From Eledone cirrhosa (taxonomy: Eukaryota): a stretch of 64,000 nt of DNA. Made by a program: the position numbers and the translations under genes. Shown in pieces: positions 1 to 13,589 of this stretch. The stretch spans positions 30,938,001 to 31,002,000 of the forward strand of contig OZ024755.1 of NCBI GenBank assembly GCA_964016885.1. Direction: 5' to 3'. The notes under the pieces were generated by a model. That model made no database searches. It saw only the letters and a program-made list of their open reading frames with translations, and had not been told where the DNA came from. Position 1 is the first letter of the stretch. Every line of letters starts with the position of its first letter.

Positions 1-13
1 TAACCCTCATGTG

Positions 14-190
14 AAGGCGCATGGATTAAGGTTAGAGCATTGGGCTTTGAATCGAAAGGTTGTGAGTTCGATTCTCGGACATGGTGATGCGTTTATTTTA
101 CGTTGCTCCAGTTTGCTCAGCTGTAGAAATGAGTTGCGATGTGACTGGTGTCAAGCTGTATCGACCATAGCCTTTCTCTTGGACATCACC
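14..190 (+). mobile_element. tRNA-derived SINE (family A), 5' part
   Basis: tRNA-like head with B-box GAGTTCGATTC, then body GTTGCTCCAGTTT..CAGCTGTAGAAATGAG. The body recurs at 430-630 and, reversed, at 12535-12835. Confidence 0.7.
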
Positions 191-225
191 ATATATATAT
201 TGTACATATATTGTATATATACTGT

Positions 226-381
226 ACAATTGTTTCTACTTTTTGGCACAAGGCCAGCAATTACCCAGTACATTACTGGTACTTTATTTTATCGACCCCG
301 TAAGGATGAAAGGCAAAGTCAACCTCAGCGGGATTTGAACTCAGATCGTTAAGGGACGTAACTATGCTGGAAAGCATAGTG
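226..381 (-). mobile_element. tRNA-derived SINE (family B, Nin/Deu-like central domain)
   Basis: Reverse complement of the family motif CTGAGTTCAAATCCCGCCGAGGTTRACTTTGCCTTTCATCCTTACGGGGTCGATAAAATAAAGTACCAG. More than 15 copies lie in the window (e.g. 4905-5080, 13245-13562, 20134-20255, 28600-28815, 52105-52190, 53040-53150, 57427-57865, 58090-58285). Confidence 0.75.
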
Positions 382-883
382 TATATATAATGTAAGTAGT
401 GTATATATAGTATATACATGGTGTATATATCAGTTGTGACGTCACTGGTGTCAAGCTGTATCGGCCATAGCCTTTCTCTTGGACATCATCGGTGGCGTGG
501 AGAGGGGAGACTGGTATACATGGGCGACTGCTGGTCTTCCACAAAACAAACCTTGCCCGGACTTGTGCTTCGGAGGGAAAGTTTCTAGGTGCAAATCACA
601 TGGTTATTCGTGACCGAAGGGGGATCTACTTCGAACCCTCGTCAGCTACTGGTACCGTGTGAATTGACAGGATCAACGTGAAATGAAGTGTCTTACTCAA
701 GAACACAATACACCCTTATTAGTTCAAGACATTCACGAACTTTTTATTCTATGTATAAAATTAAAGCATGCATATATTTGCATGCATATATAAATATATA
801 TTTATTCATGTCAACATATACATAAACATATAGGTGTGTATAGTTAATGAATTAATGTATATTCAAATAGTGAATCACATATT

Positions 884-893
884 TGTGTACTGA

Positions 894-925
<32 letters not shown>

Positions 926-1110
926 TTTTGTGCGCGCGCGTACGCAAGTGTCTGTCTGTCTCTCTATATGTATGTATGTATGTACGTATGTATGTATATA
1001 TGCATGTCTGGCTGTCAGTTTGTATATGTATGTATGTAGAAATGAATGTATGTATGAATGAATGTATGTATGTATGAATGAATGTATATGTGTGTATGTA
1101 TGTATGTATG

Positions 1111-1144
<34 letters not shown>

Positions 1145-1295
1145 TGTATGTATGTATGTATGTATGTATGTATGTATGTATGTATGAATGTATGTATGAA
1201 TGAAGGTATGTATGTATGCATGTCTGTCTGTCTGTTTGTATGTCTGTATGTATGTCTGTATGTATGTATGTGTGTATATATGTATGTATGTATGT
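884..1295. repeat. (TG)n/(TATG)n compound microsatellite
   Basis: Directly visible tetranucleotide run downstream of the GPCR stop codon. Confidence 0.95.
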
Positions 1296-1525
1296 CAAAA
1301 TGTCCGTTAGGGGAATATATACGCCGAGGGAAAAAAAAACAATCACTTACACAAAATAAAATATTAGGATCTGTGATTGATATTTATTTATCTATGCCCT
1401 GTACAGTATTCGATAGATCTAGATAGACAAACAGATAGATCTAGACAAACAGATAGTCCCGAGTTCGAGACACGGCGTGGTCAACTATTTTATCGAACTT
1501 ATCCATAAGCTCGATAAAATAGACT

Positions 1526-2412
1526 TCACTCTTCCAAATTTGAGTCCTCGTGCTGAAAACTATTAGGGTTGAAAATGAAGCTACTGTTGGTATTACTTGT
1601 CGTTGATACTCTGCTGATTTGTTTATTCCGTCGCAATGGAATAGATTTATCAGAGTTCTTTTTGACGTAGTTTGGAATGCCATAAATTATTGGTATTTGC
1701 TTTGTATTAGAATCTGGGAACGGTCTGTTAAGCAATCTTTTGACAGCTTTAACGAACTCTTTGCTACCTATCCAGTATACCAAAAAACCTGAGCTGGAGT
1801 GCATATGCACCAGTAAAGCCACGAATAAATACACCTCTTCTTGTATTCTATTATTTGGGTCAACGGCGATAACAAACACATATGGAATCCAACAAACTAT
1901 GAAGACCATGAACAAAAGAAAAATAGTCCGGGATGTGCGCAAAGTTTCAGCAAGCCAGGATCTCTTCCCTCGGATGCTATGTGTATCGTTAAGTTTACAA
2001 ATGTCCATCTTGGTCTTATGTATCTTTCGTAAGATTAATAGGTTGAGAACGCCGACTGCTAACAGAGGTGATAATATAAGTACAAGTGTAACAAATAACG
2101 TATAAGTGTGGTTAGATATTCTGTTCCAGACACATGAATGCTGTTTAAAGTCGAATCTATGGCCTCCCAAACCGAACATATTCGCTGATTCCAGCATGAG
2201 AGAAATTAGCCACACCATAAGGATAGCTGATAGGGAGTATCGCCGATTGAAAATTTTTCCACACGTCTGATTATGGCAAAGGAAAAAATACCTGTTAGTT
2301 GTTGCCATTGTTAAATTCAGAATAGCGCAGACGCAGGCAAGAAAACAAAGGGAGCCAACAAACCGACAGTATGCGGATCTACTTCGGAAGAACTCTTCGC
2401 CTTTGATTACAC
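1526..2412 (-). CDS. Class A (rhodopsin-family) GPCR, melatonin-receptor-like; coding exon 2 (TM3-TM7 and C-tail)
   Basis: Acceptor ttttcag|GT at 2413/2412 (phase 1). Motifs: TM3 Cys, NRY in place of DRY, TM4 Trp, ECL2 Cys (HSCVW), TM5 SP, TM6 FIVCWIP, helix-8 KEF. Stop at 1526. Confidence 0.9.
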
Positions 2413-2446
2413 CTGAAAAATAATACAATATTTCTGAAAACGTGCC

Positions 2447-3580
<1,134 letters not shown>

Positions 3581-3589
3581 GTATTAATA

Positions 3590-4072
3590 TATAAGGGAAC
3601 AAAGAATCAGTGTTGCATTATATACATATTTAATTACATATTACATATGTTTCACTGTCGATCAGCTCGGGGAACTAGGGGGATAGAAAGAAAGAGTAAC
3701 TTCGTGGAAAGAGTGCGAATGAACTTTTGAGGTAAGTAGCCTACGCCTTACTGCTATGACACTGGAACCTTCTGCCAACTTAATCTGTGACTTTCTCTTT
3801 ACTCCAATAGGCCAAAACAGAGTGGAAACGCCGGGGGACAACTGGCACAGAAGGAGTATGAAAAGAAGGGGCTCAACAATATTTCTATGAACAATGCACG
3901 TAGGCAGCTAAACTGTACTTTCAACTTCATATTTTTCTCCAAATAAAACAAGTTTACTGTCGGTATATTTTCATGAGTTTTTAACAGGCACTCACAAATA
4001 AACGTTTCTCATTGGAGGTGCTATTACCAATGTTCTTACACATGTAACGCCGGGATACACTGCTAGTGTATA
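3590..4072 (-). mobile_element. Possible non-autonomous Helitron/Helentron-like element
   Basis: Minus strand begins TACACTAGCAGTGTATCCCGGCGTTAC, the same ACTAGC..CCCGGCGTT terminus seen at 15675. The far boundary is uncertain. Confidence 0.35.
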
Positions 4073-4204
4073 TATATATATATATATGTGTGGGTGTGTG
4101 TGTGTACATACATACATGCATACATACCTACGTACGTACGTACGTACGTACATACATACATGTATGTATGTATGTATGTATGTTTGTATGTATGTATGTA
4201 TGCA

Positions 4205-4860
4205 TGTATGTCAGGTCGCCAGCTGGTGCTACTGGTAACATGTATCCCAGTACAACCTGACTCATGGTCGGGTCGTTGGCGACTAAACTGGCAACCCCGC
4301 CAAGGTTTCTTGGTGAGGAGGGTGACTTTGGACATTCTGCAGGACTAAAAACAAAACCTGTCAAAGGGCAAAGGAGCTCTTAAGAGTCAATGGCCATCCA
4401 AAATCACCGGGAGAGATGACCCCTTAGCCTTTGTCAAGGCAGAATTCTAGGAGAAGGAAAACTCTGATATAACACCTGCAACCCTAATGGTATCCAATGA
4501 TGTTGACTTGTTCTTCTTTTTGGTAAATATCATCTTGATTAAGAGGGTGGGACTGGCTTTGTGCAGTGCCTTTGCTCACTATAAAAGCTTCACGGCACAG
4601 GCATTGATTTATATCTGGAGATCTCTCTGCACTTGTCGTCACATGGTACCATGGGCCCAGCACTATGTGTCAATAATTGTCACAAGTGTAGTGTTTGTGC
4701 CAGAGTTTTCGGGTCGCTGGCTGGATTAAAAAGTCACACTCGTTCAGTGCATCGGTAGGGGTTCTCCTACATGGATATAAAGTAGTGGCATACTCGAAAA
4801 CGAGTTGGCAGCCACCATGTATGTATGTATGTATGCATGTATGTATATGTGTGTGTATGT
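4205..4860 (+). mobile_element. Non-autonomous retroelement (probably RTE-derived) with (ATGT)n tail
   Basis: About 500 bp is nearly identical to 19598-20103. Contains GGAGAAGGAAAACTCTGA, typical of RTE 5' regions, and is flanked by microsatellites. Confidence 0.6.
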
Positions 4861-5151
4861 ATGTATATCCGTACGTATAGCAAAAAATGACAAGGATATA
4901 AAGAATAACTATTTCTACTTTTGGCACAGGGCCAGCAATTACCCCAGTACATTACTGGTGCGTTATTTTATCGACCCCGTAAGGATGAAAGGCAAAGTTA
5001 ATCTCGGCGGGATTCGAACTCAGAACGTAAAGGGCCATAATTCTAGGCTGCAAAGCATGGTGTCTGATGCTCTACCGATATAAAGAATAACAGCATCAAG
5101 ATTAGTAATAGCATGAAGAAGTAAATAGAAATAAAATTGTTAAAGACTTAC

Positions 5152-5545
5152 CAATGGCACAAGCTGGTAGGCTGATACAATTAACACACATGTCAGCAAC
5201 GCTGAGGTTCATCAGAAATATTCGGCCAACTTTGTTCAGCTTTTGGTTTTTGTAATGAATAATAAAACTGATTGGATTGGTAATAACACCAAAACTGGAA
5301 ACTATGACCAATAGACCAAGATAAAATACAGCGAGTGCTGGTTTACTTTGTAGTAGAGGAGGCCTGAATTTAATAGATGAGGTTGAATTAGAAGGTTCCA
5401 TTGTAGACGCAGCACTTGATACCATTGCCAAGGAGAAGTATGATGTGTTACATGCGACCGTCTTATGGAGTAAACTGCATATTATTGTGAGAGGAATGTA
5501 GACTTTATTGAGTATTGATACAATAGTATGTAAATTGAACCCCAT
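5152..5545 (-). CDS. Class A GPCR, melatonin-receptor-like; coding exon 1 (N-terminus, TM1-TM2)
   Basis: ORF contains N-glycosylation sequons, TM1 GVITN and TM2 NLSVAD. Donor ATTG|gtaagt at 5152/5151 is in phase with exon 2 (394+887 = 1281 nt, 426 aa). The true start could be a later Met. Confidence 0.88.
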
Positions 5546-5985
5546 TGCCAGACTGAAAGTAAAAATGTTAAATTTATTAGATCAGCTTTAAACCTAGAGT
5601 GAGTTTATAGAAGGGAAATGAGATACTGTGGCGTACATGTCTTTCCCATCAACAATATAATAAACGTAGATGATTCATAAAAGAATTAGAAACTCGGTTG
5701 CAATTTCTGTTCGCCAAAATCTTCTTATTTTACTTCGTTTAACGTAGCGATGTGTGAAGATTTCAGAGGTCTTCCAAAACTCCAGAAGTATTTCAACCAT
5801 AAAAACCAACAAAATGTATGTAAATAAGGATTTCTAATCAAGACACGATGCCTGCAAATTGTGGGGAGGGGAAAATCTATTATATTGACCCCAATATTTG
5901 ACTAGTACTTTATTTTATCGACACCGGAAGGATAAAAGGTGAAAATAACATTATATGTGGAGTAAAGGAAACTTGCGGGACTGAT

Positions 5986-6490
5986 TGAAATAATTGTTTC
6001 TACTTTTGGCACAAGGCCAGCAATTATCCCAATGCATTACTGGTACTTTATTTTATCGACTTCATAAGGATGAAAGGCAAAGTTAACCTCGGCGGGATTT
6101 GAACTCAGACTGTAATTGAAATAATTGTTTCTACATTTGGCACAAGGCCAGCAATTACCCAGTACATTACTGGTACTTTATTTTATCGACCTCATAAGGA
6201 TGAAAGGCAAAGTTAACCTCGGCGGGATTTGAACTCAGACTGTAATTGAAATAATTGTTTCTACATTTGGCACAAGGCCAGCAATTATCCAGTACATTAC
6301 TGGTACTTTATTTTATCGACCTCATAAGGATGAAAGGCAAAGTTAACCTCGGCGGGATTTGAACTCAGACTGTAATTGAAATAATTGTTTCTACATTTGG
6401 CACAAGGCCAGCAATTACCCAGTACATTACTGGTACTTTATTTTATCGACCCAGTAAGGATGAAAGGCAAAGTCAACCTCGGCGGGATTG
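5986..6490 (-). repeat. Four head-to-tail copies (~130 bp) of the SINE family B 3' part
   Basis: ATAATTGTTTCTAC recurs at 5990, 6121, 6251 and 6381. Confidence 0.9.
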
Positions 6491-7074
6491 AAATAATGAT
6501 ATGTGACGAGAAGAGTTACTGTATCAATGAGAAAATTTTATTTTCAAAACCACCGCTTGTAATGTCAATACTGTTTTTAAATACAACACTGCTCGAAAAA
6601 CGTTGCACATGCCTAGTGTAAACAAATCTCTATATTTCATGGAATGGACTTATTCTTTAGTTGGTTGTGAAATGCATTGTTTTTATAATTAAAGTGTTTG
6701 TATTGGTATTAATTTTCATGTAAAATTCATCGCAAGTTCTTCAATTTCTTCGCTATTATCACTCTGTTTGCTAAGCTACTGAAAAAAGTTCTGACTAGGA
6801 GTGACTTGGAAATATTTTGACATTTCCAGGATAATAAAGTGATGTCAAAGTTTTATAAATTTACTTTTGTTATCATACCATGCGTTACAACGACACGATT
6901 CCCAAAATCAAAAAATAAACATGGAAACAACGGGGCTGTGGAGCGGCCAACGTGTGGGACCCCATTTGCTCCCTATACAGAGAGATGGGGAGAGCGGGAA
7001 AGATGGGGGGGGGGTGATAACGGTGGGAATTCGGCTCTTCCATATTCGGACACATTGCACCTCTCAAGAGTGTA

Positions 7075-7268
7075 TTAGGTGAATTGGCAGTATCGGTAGA
7101 GGGTCGGACGCCATGCTTTCTAGCATAGAGTTACGGCCCTTGCCATTCTGAGTTCAAATCCCGCCGAGGTTAACTTTGCCTTTCATCCTTACGGGGGTTG
7201 ATAAAATAAAGTACCAGTAATACACTGGGATAATTGCTGGCCTTGTGGCAAAAGTAGAAACAATTATT
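7075..7268 (+). mobile_element. Near full-length SINE family B
   Basis: tRNA-like head TGGCAGTATCGGTAGA, B-box GAGTTCAAATC, conserved core and AT tail. Similar copies at 10960-11135 and 15405-15595. Confidence 0.75.
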
Positions 7269-8076
7269 ATACTTCTGACGATCATTGTGAAATACACAAC
7301 TAGTTCCTTGGTAATGAAACGGTTGTGAAAAACTATTAAATTATCAAAGTATAAAAGGCCGTAACTCTATGCTGCAAAGCATGTTGCCCATCGCTCTACC
7401 GATACTGCCAATCCACCGCCTTTTGATATACTGAATAATAAAAATTGATCTTTCTTCAAGAACATCAGAAAGGTTAATAAAATAGGTAAAAAATATTGAT
7501 TTTACTTGTACGTAATTGTTTTGCTTTTATATTTTTTCAAAAATATTTTAGAATTTTAAAAATAATTAAGAAATATTGAAATTTAAAAATAAATAAAAAA
7601 TATACAATTTTCATAGAAAATTAAAGATAATCTCATCTACTGTTCGTTCTATGATATATTTTCATTCATGCAATTAATGATAGATCGTTGATTATAACAA
7701 AGACACGTAGATAAAAAAGATATATTTAAATGAGGGTATTTATTTATTTATTCAATTTAAACGTCCGTATGGAGCTAGTAAGCCATGATAGACACGGAGA
7801 AGTATCGAATACTCTTTACAGTTGGTAATCAAAACGAGCTAATGAGACAAGTAACAAAAAAGGGGGAAAAATAGAATACCAAACATATAATTTCAAATAC
7901 TAAATATGCTGGTTTTTAAATAGATACACATGGCTGTAAAAATATTTATAAGCAGTGTTGTATAAGAAAATTAAATAACTTTGGAAATTGTAAGAATAGA
8001 ATATTTAATCTACTACAATATAGATTGGAATGGAAATATTTTTTTTTGTTTTTAAATATTTAAAGAAACGTCTTAC

Positions 8077-8223
8077 CTTCATAAAACACAAAACACTTTA
8101 AATGGTTGTAATCACTGAAATTTGGTTATGATAAATCTGAGAGCTAGACAAGCTCTCACAGATCTACAAGCTGATTCTGATTTTATGCAGACGAATCGGC
8201 GTCAGTAAGTTCTATATGTCAAA
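8077..8223 (-). other. Candidate non-coding 5' UTR exon of the GPCR
   Basis: Bounded by ttttcag| and AAG|gtaaga. GPCR coding exon 1 has an acceptor (actttcag) 7 nt before its ATG, which implies an upstream exon. No transcript evidence. Confidence 0.3.
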
Positions 8224-8242
8224 CTGAAAAACATACATATAC

Positions 8243-8307
<65 letters not shown>

Positions 8308-8332
8308 GGACGAGGTGTTAAATTTTCATTAC

Positions 8333-8381
<49 letters not shown>

Positions 8382-8802
8382 CTGTTATCGTGTACGCTCG
8401 GTTAGAAAATTCTATGATTGGCTGATCGAAACAAATGAAAAAAAAATTATTAAAATATTTTCAGAATCTAGGAAAAATGTCATATTTATCCCATAATAAA
8501 ATCTTGCTTCCATCGAGCATGGATGCGTTGGTCAATCATAAAGTCATGAATGAGTACAAGTTATATGATATGGAATGGAATAACCAACTAATATTTCCTT
8601 TCTTCTCGAAAACAAACAGCCGTTTTGAATTTGATATTTTTACTGTGTCTGTGAATCTATTGTTCCTCGTAGACAATCGTAAATTATCTGCCTTTGGCTA
8701 ATCTATTGAATCTATTGAAATGGTTATTCGTTATTGTCTATATTTTTCGCTTCAGGTAATATAACTGTCTCTCTCTCTATATATATATAAAAATAAATAT
8801 AA

Positions 8803-8844
<42 letters not shown>

Positions 8845-8849
<5 letters not shown>

Positions 8850-9046
8850 AACAAGTAAGACGCCGACGGCTGAGCTCAAGCCGTTTCGACGGCTAATTCT
8901 GTACAGAATTAGCCGAGTACAGAATTAGCCGTCGAAACGGCTTGAGCTCAGCCGTCGGGGTCTTACTTGTTCCTATTACCCACTCTACTACCCTAAGTAT
9001 TGAGTACTTTGGTGCGTTATGGTCCACCTGGTTCCTTACCACATTT

Positions 9047-9052
<6 letters not shown>
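8845..9052 (+). mobile_element. Fold-back short element, probably a Penelope pLTR derivative, inserted in (TA)n
   Basis: ~130-bp palindrome (8845-8976) plus a tail. The same family occurs at 18059-18266, 18640-18790 and 34170-34268. Confidence 0.6.
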
Positions 9053-9094
<42 letters not shown>

Positions 9095-9230
9095 CTCACT
9101 CTCTCTCTCTCTCTTTCTTTCTTTCTCTTTCTTTCTTCCTCTCTTTCTCTCTATCTATCTGTCTACGCTTCTCCCCATATCTCCTTATATATGTATCTCT
9201 CTCTCTCTTTCTTCCTTTCTCTCCTCCCCC

Positions 9231-9263
<33 letters not shown>

Positions 9264-9437
9264 GCCCTCTCTCTCTCTCTTTCTATTTCTCTCCCTCTCT
9301 CTCTATCTCTCTCTATCTCTCCCTATCACCCTCTTTATCTATCTATCTGTCTATCTCTGTCTGTCGTGAAATATTGTAAGATGAAATGGGTTTGGCCAAC
9401 GATCTATTATCCGCCCAATCCTGCCTCAACCGTACTT

Positions 9438-9525
9438 ACAGATGCTTAGTTCTAGAAATACAGATGCTTAGTTCTAGAAATACAGATGCTTAGTTCTAGA
9501 AATACAGATGCTTAGTTCTAGAAAT
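9438..9525. repeat. 22-bp tandem repeat x4
   Basis: ACAGATGCTTAGTTCTAGAAAT repeated. Confidence 0.95.
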
Positions 9526-9579
9526 AAATTAAAGATATACATATTAGACGTGATAACAACAGTAATGAATCGTGTATAA

Positions 9580-10405
9580 TTGTGAGGTTGTGTAGTTGTG
9601 AGGTTGTGTAGTTGTGAGGTGTATAGTTGTGAGGTTGTGAGGTTGTGAGGTTGTGTGGTTGTGAGGTTGTGTAGTTGTGAGGTTGTGTGGTTGTGAGGTT
9701 GTGTAGTTGTGAGGTTGTATAGTTGTGAGGTTGTGTAGTTGTGAGGTGGTGTAATTGTGAGGTTGTGTGGTTGTGAGGTTGTGTGGTTGTGAGGTTGTGT
9801 GGTTGTGAGGTTGTGTAGTTGTGAGGTTGTGTGGTTGTGAGGTTGTGTGGTTGTGAGGTGGTGTAATTGTGAGGTTGTGTGGTTGTGAGATTGTGTAGTT
9901 GTGAGGTTGTGTAATTGTGAGGTTGTGTGGTTGTGAGGTTGTGTGGTTGTGAGGTTGTGTGGTTGTGAGGTTGTGTGGTTGTGAGGTTGTGTAGTTGTGA
10001 GGTTGTGTGGTTGTGAGGTTGTGTGGTTGTGAGGTTGTGTGGTTGTGAGGTTGTGTGGTTGTGAGGTTGTGTGGTTGTGAGGTTGTGTAGTTGTGAGGTT
10101 GTGTAGTTGTGAGGTTGTGTGGTTGTGAGGTTGTGTGGTTGTGAGGTTGTGTGGTTGTGTGGTTGTGTAGTTGTGAGGTTGTGTAGTTGTGAGGTTGTGA
10201 GGTTGTGTGGTTGTGAGGTTGTGTAGTTGTGAGGTTGTGTGGTTGTGAGGTTGTGTGGTTGTGAGGTTGTGTGGTTGTGAGGTTGTGTGGTTGTGAGGTT
10301 GTGTAGTTGTGAGGTTGTGTGGTTGTGAGGTTGTGTGGTTGTGAGGTTGTGTGGTTGTGAGGTTGTGTAGTTGTGAGGTGGCGTGATTGTGTAGTTGTGA
10401 GGCTG
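9580..10405. repeat. 16-bp minisatellite built from 8-bp subunits (GTTGTGAG/GTTGTGTR)
   Basis: About 50 directly visible copies. Confidence 0.95.
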
Positions 10406-10923
10406 TGTATCTATGTGTATGTGGACGATGAATGTATTTAACTAACTAAGAAACATAAGCATACACTAATGTATCTGTATCGGTACACAGATCTGTGTTT
10501 GATTGTATATTTATATATACATGTATGCATACATACATACATACATACATACATACATACATACATACATACATACTTACATACATACACGCAACCGCGC
10601 GCACATACACACACACACGCACACACACACACACACACATTTATATATACATATATATATATATACATGTATATATATATATAGATACACACTTATATCT
10701 AGATTCACAAAAAGCAAAAAAAAAATGTTCTCAGTGGCAGTAGATAGTGGATATTTATTTACTATAGTGCTGAGAACTCGTTTGTTTCTGCTCAGAGGTT
10801 CGTAGGCTGTGTATATGTCTGCGAGTAAATAGACTTCTGTTTGGCATGTCTAGAATCATAGTCATATGCAGAGAACTGTACACTTACATATATGTAATAA
10901 CATGTAACTTTTATTTGTGTGTG

Positions 10924-10955
<32 letters not shown>

Positions 10956-11207
10956 TGCACAGTATCAGTAGAAGGTCGGACGCCATGCTTTCCAGCATAG
11001 TTACGTCCCTTTACAGTCTGAGTTCAAATCCCGCCGAGGTTAACTTTGCCTTTCATCCTTACGGGGGGAGATAAAATAAGGTACCAGTAATGCACTGGGT
11101 AATTGCTGGCCTTGTGCCAAAAGTAGAAACAATTATATTATATATATATATAATATATATATTATATAAATATATTATATATATATGTATAAATATATAT
11201 ATATATG

Positions 11208-11260
<53 letters not shown>

Positions 11261-11317
11261 TATATTTATATATATATGTGTGTGTGTGTGTGCATGTATA
11301 TATATACATGCACACAC

Positions 11318-11372
<55 letters not shown>

Positions 11373-11384
11373 CGTGTGTGTGTA

Positions 11385-11430
<46 letters not shown>

Positions 11431-11958
11431 GTGTGTGTGTTGTGTAAAAATAATGTGTTTACAATGTGTTTTGAAATGAAAGTCAGATAGTGGCATCCAT
11501 GTTTATATTAGTAATTACAACAGTAAAACAGTCCGTGTTGCACAGGTTTTAGTAAACAAGATGTGATATAAACGGATATCCGAAAACAAACTATCGTCTG
11601 AAAGGAATCCTGATCTTTTGCAAGAAGGTAAAAGGATTATATATCCATAACAAATCTTTGAAGAAATGTTTGTTTGATTTTTGTTGTTGATTTGTTTGTT
11701 TGTTTTTGTTGTTGCTGTTGCTTTTTTTTTTGTGTGTGTGTGGTTTTTTTTTTTGTTTTGTTTTTTGTTTTTGGTTTTTTTTTTTGTTTTTTTTTTTTGG
11801 GGGGGGGGGGGGTTCTTTGGCTTTTTAAGCTATAAATCTATATACAACATTACGTTGTAATTGAAAGACTATTCTATAATGAGTCGATAACACTACAAAT
11901 ATGTACTGTCAAAAAACAGCTTTTAAGATAATTCTCTCTTATATATATATATATATAT

Positions 11959-12043
<85 letters not shown>

Positions 12044-12181
12044 AAACAATAACAGAGATAGCTTAAAGCTAAACTCCGACTGGTAACCATCTCACTCAAC
12101 AAACATTAGGTTATATGTTAGTATAAACCCAATTTAAGTGTTTGGGGTGCTAACTATGTGTATTTTGTGGAAAGCCAGTTG

Positions 12182-12257
<76 letters not shown>

Positions 12258-12534
12258 GAAGTAATTCCGTCGGAAAGGTACAGGAAAAAAGAGTGCTCTA
12301 TAATTATTTCATTTACCAGTGGTTTCTTGAAAGCAGATATATCTGCTTTCAGTCGTCAGAATGAATGGTGTTTTTATTAAATTTGGGTTTGAAAACAAAA
12401 AATAAGAAATATGAAAGTGAGGCTGAGGAAACAGCGGGTAACATTCACGCAAGTCGACAACAACGATTGGCAACAAGAGTGATTCTGAAGATAAAGCATT
12501 AACAATTGCAACAGAGCTACCCCCAAAAAAGGTT

Positions 12535-12835
12535 AAGACCCCCTTCGGTCATGAATGACTATGGGATTTACACCTAGAAAGTTCCCCTCTGAGGCACCAA
12601 TCAGGGCAAGCTTGTTTGTGGAAGACCAGCAGTCGCTCGTGCATACCAGTTTCCCCCCTCCACGCCACCGGTGTTGTCCAAGGGCAAGGCAATGGCCGAT
12701 TCAGCTTGGAACCAGTGACGTCGCAACTCATTTCTACAGCTGAATAAACTGGAGCAACGTGAAGTAAAGTGTCTTGCCTAAGAACACAACACAAAGCCCG
12801 GTTCGAGAATCAAAGACACAACCTCACAATTGAGC
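12535..12835 (-). mobile_element. SINE family A
   Basis: Reverse complement of the sequences at 14-190 and 430-630. Confidence 0.7.
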
Positions 12836-13589
12836 CCTATATTTTGTACCACGGTGATATGTGGAACTCGATGGCTACTCTAACAGCAGAAGTAATAACG
12901 CTTCAATATGAAGTCTAAAAGTTTTTGAAGAAGAATATGGAAATTCAAAATGAGTTTGTGACGTTTCTGCTTTTCCAAAATCATTAGTTATATACAGACC
13001 TGTAAACACTCCCCGTCCGACGGGGAGATCTCCCACCCACTTTGGGGTGGGTGAGAGATGTCTTCTCTTGTGAAAATGGGTATAGCTTTCAATTATGTCA
13101 AATTTCCCCATTTTGCCTCTTTTCTTCCCGTTTTGGGGTACTCTTTTTCATGGCACTCCCCATTTTGCTTTGTAGAGGCTTTGCATAGTGTAGTATAGTG
13201 GTTCGAGTTGTGAATCAAAACTAAACATATATTGCACTAACGTCATAACCAATAATTGTTTCTACTATTGGCACAAGGTCAGAAATTACCCAGTACATTA
13301 CTGGTACTTTATTTTATCGACCCCGTAAGGATGAAAGGGAAAGTTAACCTCAGCGTCATAACTAATAATTGTTTCTACTTTAGGCACAAGGCCAGAAATT
13401 ACCCAGTGCATTACTGGTACTTTATTTTATCGACCCCGTAAGGATGAAAAGCAAAGTCAACCTCGGCGGGATTTGAACTCAGATCGTAAAGGGACGTAAC
13501 TATGCTGGAAAGCATGGCGTCCGACCCTCTACCGATACTGCCAATCCACCGCCCAATCCACCAATATTAATAATAATAAGAAGAAGAAA

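Noticed and set aside
14-90. tRNA gene
   Set aside because: Only a degenerate tRNA-like SINE head with no complete cloverleaf, followed by SINE body. The same applies to the other SINE copies.
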